Shown: positions 17,438-24,991 of the stretch, piece after piece
How the letters are laid out: each line of letters opens with the position of its first letter
Numbering within the stretch: the stretch's first letter is position 1
Assembly (NCBI GenBank): GCA_020348445.1
Contig: CP070751.1
Coordinates: forward strand, 5,081,187-5,145,186
Origin: Thermoplasmata archaeon
GTDB taxonomy: Archaea; Thermoplasmatota; Thermoplasmata; GCA-020350865
Length of the DNA stretch: 64,000 bases
Direction of reading: 5' to 3'
Position numbers and translations under genes: made by a program
Notes under the pieces: model-generated
Database searches by the model: none
What the model was told of the DNA's origin: nothing
Seen by the model: only the letters and a program-made list of their open reading frames with translations

Positions 17438-17521
17438 CGGTCAGTCTCCTTGGCGCTAATGAGCAAACCGATATTTGGCTCTTATCTCCTTTAGATCATA
17501 TTTATTGTAGAGGGATTGTCT

Positions 17522-18610
17522 TCATGTAGAGACCTTAATATTCTCCTCTTCTGCTATCATCCTTAAAAGGAAATACTGGACTGTTGAAAACCCGGGTATT
17601 CCAAATTTCTTGCCCCTTAGATCCTTTAAGGAATCGATGCTCTCAGCGACGATTATAGCTGAGCCTTCGTTGTTAACCTGGGCTAAAATCATAGTATTTA
17701 TTCCGGCATTCAAATGCTTAAGAACAGCAGGAGCGCTGCCTAAATATCCCATATCAACATCCCCTGCTTCAAAATGATCCATTTCATCTCCGCCGTTTGA
17801 GTAAGGAGCACCAGATGCATCGGTAACAGTCACTCCGTATTTTTCAAATAGGCTTTTTCCACCGCCTACATCAGAATTCTTGGCCACAGGATACGCGAGC
17901 TGATGAAGATCACCTAGAAGGTAGCCCACTCGAACGGTACCTAAGGAAGTGGATGTAGGGGTTACGGTAGCAGCATCCTGAAGATATGTTTCATCAACAT
18001 ATTTATCAACAAAATCCTCGGTATCCTCGTATCCTCGCTCAGATATTTTATCATCAGTTACGATTTCAAATTCTATAAGTTTGTCAGTATATTCTTTAAG
18101 ACCATCATAGAAATCCTCGGTAAGTAGATAAACGTATGTCATGTGGCTTAATGCTTCCTTTACGACAGCTTCATCCCGTGCAGTAAAATCTACGGCTATG
18201 TCAACTAGTAAGGAATATTCCATTGATGTGTTGTCCGCTAATGCGTTTACCATCCAAGTGGTTGCCTCCATATGCGCTTTCAAGAAATGTTTTACCAGAT
18301 CAGGATTCGAACTTGCAAAGTTCTTTTCTACGGCCACGACGCAGCATGGATGACCAGGCCAAATCTCCCCGGATAAATGCAATGTCTTACCTACCCCACC
18401 GACAACAGAATCTGAGCAGTACGGTTCCCAAGCGACATATCCAGCGATATCTCCGCTATCAAGGCTAGCTTTCATGTCTTTTGGCGCAATTTTAACGGCC
18501 TTAATCGATTTTTCCCCATCTTCCTCGAAACAGCCTGCTAATAACAGAACCGACACGATTATTACGATTCCGATTATACTCATGAGTTTGTTTTTGCTCA
18601 CCTTCTTCAT
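17522..18610 (-). CDS. NitT/TauT (SsuA/NMT1-like) substrate-binding lipoprotein, circularly permuted
   Basis: Lipobox LLLAGC. Motifs AWEPY and WPGHPCCVV come first, then VRVGYL, NGGDEM, GYLGSAP, NNEGSAI and DLRGKKFGIPG. ATG 18610 has a GGTG RBS; the ORF track starts at GTG 18619. Confidence 0.88.
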   Translation of the reverse strand: MKKVSKNKLMSIIGIVIIVSVLLLAGCFEEDGEKSIKAVKIAPKDMKASLDSGDIAGYVAWEPYCSDSVVGGVGKTLHLSGEIWPGHPCCVVAVEKNFASSNPDLVKHFLKAHMEATTWMVNALADNTSMEYSLLVDIAVDFTARDEAVVKEALSHMTYVYLLTEDFYDGLKEYTDKLIEFEIVTDDKISERGYEDTEDFVDKYVDETYLQDAATVTPTSTSLGTVRVGYLLGDLHQLAYPVAKNSDVGGGKSLFEKYGVTVTDASGAPYSNGGDEMDHFEAGDVDMGYLGSAPAVLKHLNAGINTMILAQVNNEGSAIIVAESIDSLKDLRGKKFGIPGFSTVQYFLLRMIAEEENIKVST

Positions 18611-18797
18611 ATGAAGCACCAGTGCCTATATTATGGTTCTAATAGATAAATATTTTTCCTTTTCAGATATAAATTTGTCCTCATTGTATAAGATACTAAG
18701 CTTCTTTATAATTTTGTATATTCAATGTCTTTGGACCATCAATTCTTATTAATGCATAAAAACTGAGTTATTAAAGAAGATACAGTCAAGTGAAGAA

Positions 18798-18805
18798 TTT
18801 ATATA
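18798..18805 (+). promoter_or_regulatory. TATA box for the tRNA gene
   Basis: TTTATATA preceded by purine-rich GAAGAA, about 40 nt upstream of the tRNA 5' end. Confidence 0.5.
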
Positions 18806-18846
18806 CCCTTTTAGCTTTCCCTCGGATAGAATTGAATAAATCAAAT

Positions 18847-18959
18847 GCAGGTGTAGTCTAGTCTGGTTTAGGACGTTGGCCTTCCATGATCTTCTCCTTC
18901 TCAATTTACGGGGATATCAAAGAAAGCCAACAACTCGGGTTCGAATCCCGGCACCTGCA
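18847..18959 (+). tRNA. tRNA-Gly: tRNA-Gly(TCC) with a 38-nt intron at canonical position 37/38 (18887-18924)
   Basis: Acceptor stem GCAGGTG/CACCTGC plus discriminator A. Anticodon stem TTGGC/GCCAA with loop CT-TCC-A|intron|A. T-arm GGGTTCGAATCCC. CCA is not encoded. Confidence 0.93.
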
Positions 18960-19242
18960 TCCTTTATTTTCTAATTATTATCACATTGATGTAAGGGATT
19001 CGAACCTTAGAGGAAAGGAGATTATAAGCATATTAAATTACCTTTCCTCGCTAGGGACGAATCCCGGCACCTGCATCCATTATTTTCTAATTGCTATTAA
19101 ATTAATTTAAGGGATTCGAACCTCAGAGGAAAGGAGATTATAAGCATATTAAATTACCTTTCCTCGCTAGGGACGAATGCCCGTGGCGGGAAACCCACCA
19201 CTTCATTTCCTCGCCTGGCTCGGAAATCCCGGCACCTGCATC
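18942..19242 (+). repeat. Tandem ~116-bp units duplicating the tRNA-Gly 3' end, each containing a long hairpin
   Basis: (CG)AATCCCGGCACCTGCATC at 18942, 19058 and 19225. A near-identical 71-nt segment at 18992-19062 and 19108-19178. Inverted arms GGGATTCG/CGAATCCC and GAGGAAAGG/CCTTTCCTC. Confidence 0.9.
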
Positions 19243-19556
19243 TATTGTTTTCTTGATTTTTTTATGGATGAGCCTTATGTTCGAATTATTTTGGTATAAC
19301 AATTATTTCTTAGGCTCAAACATCCAGCATTTGTAAAAACCTTTAAAGATCTGTATTAATAATTATTAAACATAAATATATATATATTAGATGTAATTCT
19401 GGATAAAAAATATGCATTTTGGATATAGAAAATATATAAGGGTGATAGAATAGTACCCCTATTTGACAGCATCATGTGGCACTATGGATGGTAAGGGAGT
19501 AAACAGAGTTACGGAAAGTTTCAGGGACGCTGTCACAATATAGAAAGGGGACATGC

Positions 19557-22500
19557 ATGCCTGAAAAGAAAATGTTCAGGGAGATGTACGAGAGATGGAA
19601 AGAACTCGACCTACCTGAAGAACAAAAAGATGTTTTGGATAAAATAGAACACGATATCGAGGATTTAGACCAGGAAGATACAATAAAGGAGATTACAGAA
19701 AGTTTACGAACCGATTTAAACGACTCAGATTTATGGTTTAAACTGGGAGCAACTTTACTTGCATCAAAGAAATACGATTTTGCACTGGCGGCACTGGATA
19801 TCACAGTAAAGGTGGAACCAGAAAAGTCATATGTATATGGGGTAAAAGGTTTTGTTCTCACGAAGTTAGGCAGGTACGAGGAAGCAGTGGAAGCCCTTGA
19901 GAAAACTGTTGAGCAAACAGGTCCTATAGAAGGTTACGAGGGTATCGATGATCTTATAAAGGGTATCGAATCAGGAGATGTGAAGATCAAGGCCCTCACT
20001 GCCCCCGGAGTTGAGGAAATACCCTATGATGAATTATTAGAAATCGAAAGAGGATTGGAGAAACTCCTTATTGAGGAGGAAGAGGCTCCATCCAGTTTGG
20101 AACTGCAGGACGAACTTGAGGCACTCTCGGAAGAAATTGAGCAGATTTTAGCAGAGCCCGAGGGTGGAGAAGAGATGTATAAATGTCCAAGCTGTGGTAC
20201 CGAGATAGATTCAAAAGATGAGGTTTGCCCAACATGTGGCATTGAATTCGTTGAAATGGAGGAAGTGCCTGAGGAATTAAAGGGTGAGGAGGTAATCGAA
20301 AAGTTCGAATGCCCCGACTGCGGGGCAATCTTAGATTACGAAATCCAAAAATGCCCTGACTGTGGCCTTGTCTTTGTTGAGGAGGAAGGTGAATTATTTG
20401 CATGTCCCTCATGCGGGGAGGAAGTGGATTCTTCAGCCAGTATTTGCTCCAGTTGCGGAGCTGAGTTTCTGTCTGAGGAGGAGGAACTGGAGGCCGCTTT
20501 GGACGAGATTTTGGCTGTTGAAAGCCTGGAAAGAGAAAAAACCGAGGAAGCGAAAGCCAAATTAGAGGCCCAATACGGTCTCACCAATGGTTTGACCAAT
20601 GGTTTAACCAACGGCATCACCAATGGACTTAAAAAAGCCAAACGGGGCCTGACCAACGGTATTACAAATGGTCTTACCAACGGTTTAACCAATGGACTTC
20701 GGGCTTTAAAAGTGGGTATAACCAATGGTTTGACCAATGGCAACGGTATTACCAACGGCCTAGGTCCAAAACGCCCCGTAATCGACCCGAAACGTAGTAA
20801 ACTAAAACTTATCGGAATTCCTGTTATATTATTTATTCTGATATTTACCCCATATATCCTCGTGAATATAATGAAACCCGAGGAAAAAATAGATATCGAT
20901 GGCAGTTTTGGAGATTGGAAGAATGTACAAACAACTTCAGATGAAATCGAAGCTGCAGAATTCAATCCCAACGTTGACATAATCGACTATCGGGTGGATG
21001 ATAGCCAGATGGAACTTTCGTTCTATTTAGAGGTTGCAGGTTTCATGTTGGCTGGTGAGCCCAATGAGCCTGATGGCAGACAACTTGTGGATACGGCATA
21101 CATTTTCGTGGATACAGATCAGGATCCCGACTCAGGCTATTTGATAAAGGGCATTGGTGCAGATTATATGTTGGAGATTTATGGTTGGAATGAAACCATC
21201 TTTGGTAATTTTCTTTACAATTACCCTGAAGTGGAGCAGGACTGGAATCATTGGGAAACTGTTGAATACGTATCAGCAGCAGTAAGTGGCTCGATGTTGG
21301 AGGCACAGGTAAACCACGAATCAATTCACCTTAGTAACCATGAACCCTTGGATATTCTGTTTTATATGCAGGGATGGAACGGATCTGAAGATTTTTCAGA
21401 CACCATAATATCCAATGAAGATGGTGTTTTAGCTGTAACTCAACAAGGTGAGGGTGAAGGTAAGATCAGTGGTGACGGCAATAAACTGCTTAGGTTGGAA
21501 ATCAAGGCTATAAACAACGATATAACCATCAATGAGATCAAGGCCGAAAGAACAGGCTCTGGAACAGATGACGACGTCTCTGAGATAAGGCTTGAGGATG
21601 AGAACCGCAAATCATTTGGATTGGGCACTTTAAGGGAGGGCATTTTAACATTTCAACCGGCATTGACCCTTACGCAAGAGCAAACCGCAACCACTGTCTA
21701 CATTGTAGTAGATATCAGTGAAAGTGCACAGGAAGGGGACAGCATTGGATTTAAAATAATGAAAAACCATGATATAATAACTGATTCAGGAACAGTGTCT
21801 TTAAAACAAATGGCCCCCGAAGATGAGAACCCCGAGGATGAGAAATACGAAACCAGCTATCTGGTGGACATACCTGACGACGTTATAATAGACGGTGCAT
21901 TTGCAGATTGGGACACAAAATTCGTTCGTAACGACACAAGCGGTGATGTAAGCCGCGTTGAATTGGATATACTTAAATACGGTGTTTCCACCACCGATTC
22001 CCAAGCAGCGTTCTTTTTAAAAGTGGATAAAAGTATGTGCTCTGGAACGGCTGTTCCCTATCGGAATACTGCATCTGCAAAAATATTCGTGCCGTCGGAG
22101 CAAGTGGATTCAGATGGAGATGGAATATTAGATTTAAATGATAACCATGATGTGAACATCGAGTTTTTATTTAGCCTGAACCTGAATTTCAGACAGTATC
22201 TAAAGGAGGGGGCACCAGATGATCTTCTAATAGAGGCATTTGAAAATAACTCACAACCATTGACTTCTAATGCTGGATTGATTAAAATATTGGACAGATA
22301 CTGGAAGGTCGAAGATGGCGATGCGATATATATCATCATAGATTACGGGATAGAGCTAAAGATATATGATTCCGATGGTGTGCTGGAGGATACCAGGTTT
22401 GACTTCGATAATGATGGTATACCTGATGAAGAGGATACCGATGATGACGACGATGGTATAGAGGATTTCGATGTCGGAGGTACGGATGTTCTTCTTAAAC

Positions 22501-24989
22501 AGATTGTAACAGGTGCAACAAAATACATAGGCCCTCCTGAACCTCCAATACCTATTTATCCAAAAACAGGAGAGGATTTGGTTTACATTTTCATAGATAC
22601 GAATCCTGGGATAGGTTATAGGGAAGGCCTTCCAATTGCCGCTGATTATATGATAGAGGTGAAGGGGAGGTACAATATCGTGCAAAGCAGCGTAATCTAC
22701 AAATGGTCTGGAGCTTCTCCTTTTGATTGGAATTGGACTGAGCACCGCTCTCCAGAGGTGGAACTGGACATGCTGCGGATGGAGGTGGGCATAACCTGGG
22801 ATGACATAGAATTAAATCCCGCAGATGATCACTTCGATGTATACTTTTTAACGACAGATTGGAGAAAGAAAGATAGAGATTATTCAAATACAGAGGGTGT
22901 GATTACAGGACCCACAAGAGCCTACATCGGAGATGGTAAAAGCAGAGGTTATGACGTGAAATATCACGGCAGCTACGATGTGTACTTCGATGAGAATGAA
23001 GGTGAGGTGCTCTTTGAGACAAAGAAAGGTTACTTTTTGTCCTGGAACGTGCCTTCTGAGCTGAAGATCACCTCTTTGGATGAAGTTGTTTATACTTTTG
23101 ATGAACCTGAAAACTCGGGCTTTGAAATCAGCGAGTCTCATGCTGATTACTATTACTCCTTTGATGATCTTGCTGTCACAACTCACTACATGTTTGGGGG
23201 GAGTATGTTAAAAGAGGATATCATCCTCGCCGAGAACCCCATAGAGGATATCATGGATTCTGGTTTTCTTTTGGTCACGACGCCTTTGAGCTACTCTCCA
23301 GAATTAGCAATGTACGTGGATAATTATCCACAGAAGGACGGTTTTGTGACAACAAGTGATATTGAATTCCGCAACACCTTCTATTCTGAAAACGTCTACA
23401 CGTTGATGAGCCCTGTTGCTTACGATGCAAATGGAGACGATGTAAAATGCGAATATGTGGTGGATTTCATAGATCCTGAGGATTCAACAGCTACACTTAC
23501 CTTACGGTGCTCTATGGACTGGCTTGCCACGGCAGAATATCCTGTTAGAATAGATCCCACGATATTGAAAAATGATCAATATGAAGGCGGCGGGGATGAC
23601 AGCGAATATTTGGGTTATTCCCTTGCAGTTGGGGATTTTAATGACGATGGCAACGAGTATGATATCGTAACTGGTGCACCGTACTGGGATCATACCTCAA
23701 CTAGTTGGGGTGCCGCATACATTTTCTATGGTCCTGTAATGACCAACGATTTCACACCAGATGCAATTATCAATCTCACTGAGGAACCTGATAGAAGTAA
23801 TAATGATCAACTAGGAAGATGTGTCGCAGCAGCAGATTTTGACAACGACGGCGTGCGTGATGATGTGGTGCTCACCACCTCAGGGGATGAGGCGTATGTG
23901 GTTTACGGAGAAGGTGGCATCTCAGGCGCTGTCACAACTGCAGATGTGATCATTTATCCACCTGGGGCCGGGGCGCCTGGGTTTGGAAGGTACGGCCTTG
24001 CTGTGGGTAATTTCGATGGAAACGACGGAGATGATGTGGCAATTGGCGCCAACTCCAACAACAGCCTATACATATATTTCAACTCAACAGATTGGGACGA
24101 TGGACTGGTGTACGATCCCAGTGTCACGATTGGATACACTACAGGTAATTTGGGAGTATCTATAGCCAGAGGTAATCTCAGAAACAACGGTGCGACGGAT
24201 TATGATGATATAGCCGTAGGTGCTTATGGTTACCTCGTTGGTAGTACCAGTGCAGCCGGAGCCGTTTTCGTGTTTTACGGGGACGGTACCTACGGTGATG
24301 GAGCACAATTAGCCGGTGCAGATGTTATAATAGAATCCGGTGCAAATTACCCGACAGAAAATGGCGAATCAGAGAGATTTGGATGGAGTATCGCAATCGG
24401 TGATTTCAATAAATCTGCCACAACAAATGACTTTGATGATCTCCTTATAGGTGCACCGTACTACAACTCCGAGGAGGGAAAAGCTTATATCTACTTTACA
24501 GAGGATGATTCCGATGGAGGCTTCGGCTCAGCCACTGGGGAAGATGACGATTTGATTTTACATGAGATTGGTGCAAATAGGTTCGGTTATTCTGTTGCGA
24601 TAGGTAACTTCTGGGGTGATGGCTACCTTGATGCTTTTGTGGGAGCATACAGAACCAGTTCATCTGATGGTATCGCATATGCATACGACTTCGATGGAGC
24701 AAACTTGGATAATACCAGCGATTGGAGTTTAAGTGGAACAATCGGTGAGGGATTAGGATTGGCTGTTTTCGCGGCAGATGTAAACGGAAGCGGTTACGAT
24801 AATTTCATCATGGGCTGCCCATATTTCGATGATCCCGATGATTCTCCAGCTAACGACAATGCAGGTAGAGTGAAGGTGGACGAGTACATCCCGGAGTTCT
24901 CCGATATCGCGGTCCCAATAGCATCGACAATAACATTCATAATATTCTGTTCTAGAAAAAGGAAAAGAAATCCAAAGAATGATAAATAA
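19557..24989 (+). CDS. Large membrane protein: TPR, three double Zn ribbons, GLTN repeats, TM, extracellular beta domains, 7 FG-GAP (integrin-alpha-like) repeats, PEF-CTERM
   Basis: TPR-like DLWFKLGATLLASKKYDFA. Three CPxCG...CxxCG pairs. TM LIGIPVILFILIFTPYILV. DxDGDG calcium motifs. FG-GAP repeats such as FGWSIAIGDFN...DDLLIGAPYY...GKAYIYF. C-terminus IPEF-hydrophobic-RKRKR. Confidence 0.88.
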   Translation: MPEKKMFREMYERWKELDLPEEQKDVLDKIEHDIEDLDQEDTIKEITESLRTDLNDSDLWFKLGATLLASKKYDFALAALDITVKVEPEKSYVYGVKGFVLTKLGRYEEAVEALEKTVEQTGPIEGYEGIDDLIKGIESGDVKIKALTAPGVEEIPYDELLEIERGLEKLLIEEEEAPSSLELQDELEALSEEIEQILAEPEGGEEMYKCPSCGTEIDSKDEVCPTCGIEFVEMEEVPEELKGEEVIEKFECPDCGAILDYEIQKCPDCGLVFVEEEGELFACPSCGEEVDSSASICSSCGAEFLSEEEELEAALDEILAVESLEREKTEEAKAKLEAQYGLTNGLTNGLTNGITNGLKKAKRGLTNGITNGLTNGLTNGLRALKVGITNGLTNGNGITNGLGPKRPVIDPKRSKLKLIGIPVILFILIFTPYILVNIMKPEEKIDIDGSFGDWKNVQTTSDEIEAAEFNPNVDIIDYRVDDSQMELSFYLEVAGFMLAGEPNEPDGRQLVDTAYIFVDTDQDPDSGYLIKGIGADYMLEIYGWNETIFGNFLYNYPEVEQDWNHWETVEYVSAAVSGSMLEAQVNHESIHLSNHEPLDILFYMQGWNGSEDFSDTIISNEDGVLAVTQQGEGEGKISGDGNKLLRLEIKAINNDITINEIKAERTGSGTDDDVSEIRLEDENRKSFGLGTLREGILTFQPALTLTQEQTATTVYIVVDISESAQEGDSIGFKIMKNHDIITDSGTVSLKQMAPEDENPEDEKYETSYLVDIPDDVIIDGAFADWDTKFVRNDTSGDVSRVELDILKYGVSTTDSQAAFFLKVDKSMCSGTAVPYRNTASAKIFVPSEQVDSDGDGILDLNDNHDVNIEFLFSLNLNFRQYLKEGAPDDLLIEAFENNSQPLTSNAGLIKILDRYWKVEDGDAIYIIIDYGIELKIYDSDGVLEDTRFDFDNDGIPDEEDTDDDDDGIEDFDVGGTDVLLKQIVTGATKYIGPPEPPIPIYPKTGEDLVYIFIDTNPGIGYREGLPIAADYMIEVKGRYNIVQSSVIYKWSGASPFDWNWTEHRSPEVELDMLRMEVGITWDDIELNPADDHFDVYFLTTDWRKKDRDYSNTEGVITGPTRAYIGDGKSRGYDVKYHGSYDVYFDENEGEVLFETKKGYFLSWNVPSELKITSLDEVVYTFDEPENSGFEISESHADYYYSFDDLAVTTHYMFGGSMLKEDIILAENPIEDIMDSGFLLVTTPLSYSPELAMYVDNYPQKDGFVTTSDIEFRNTFYSENVYTLMSPVAYDANGDDVKCEYVVDFIDPEDSTATLTLRCSMDWLATAEYPVRIDPTILKNDQYEGGGDDSEYLGYSLAVGDFNDDGNEYDIVTGAPYWDHTSTSWGAAYIFYGPVMTNDFTPDAIINLTEEPDRSNNDQLGRCVAAADFDNDGVRDDVVLTTSGDEAYVVYGEGGISGAVTTADVIIYPPGAGAPGFGRYGLAVGNFDGNDGDDVAIGANSNNSLYIYFNSTDWDDGLVYDPSVTIGYTTGNLGVSIARGNLRNNGATDYDDIAVGAYGYLVGSTSAAGAVFVFYGDGTYGDGAQLAGADVIIESGANYPTENGESERFGWSIAIGDFNKSATTNDFDDLLIGAPYYNSEEGKAYIYFTEDDSDGGFGSATGEDDDLILHEIGANRFGYSVAIGNFWGDGYLDAFVGAYRTSSSDGIAYAYDFDGANLDNTSDWSLSGTIGEGLGLAVFAADVNGSGYDNFIMGCPYFDDPDDSPANDNAGRVKVDEYIPEFSDIAVPIASTITFIIFCSRKRKRNPKNDK
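20577..20785 (+). repeat. Coding tetrapeptide repeat G[LI]TN x11 in three blocks
   Basis: GLTNGLTNGLTNGITNG / GLTNGITNGLTNGLTNG / GITNGLTNGNGITNG. Codons are synonymously diverged, so the repeat appears conserved at the protein level. Confidence 0.92.
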
Positions 24990-24991
24990 AC

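Noticed and set aside
18942-19242. Possible CRISPR mini-array or prophage att sites
   Set aside because: The conserved unit is far longer than CRISPR repeats, is derived from the tRNA end, has only 2-3 copies, and has no cas genes. The tRNA-end copies are only 116-170 bp apart with no integrase or cargo between them.
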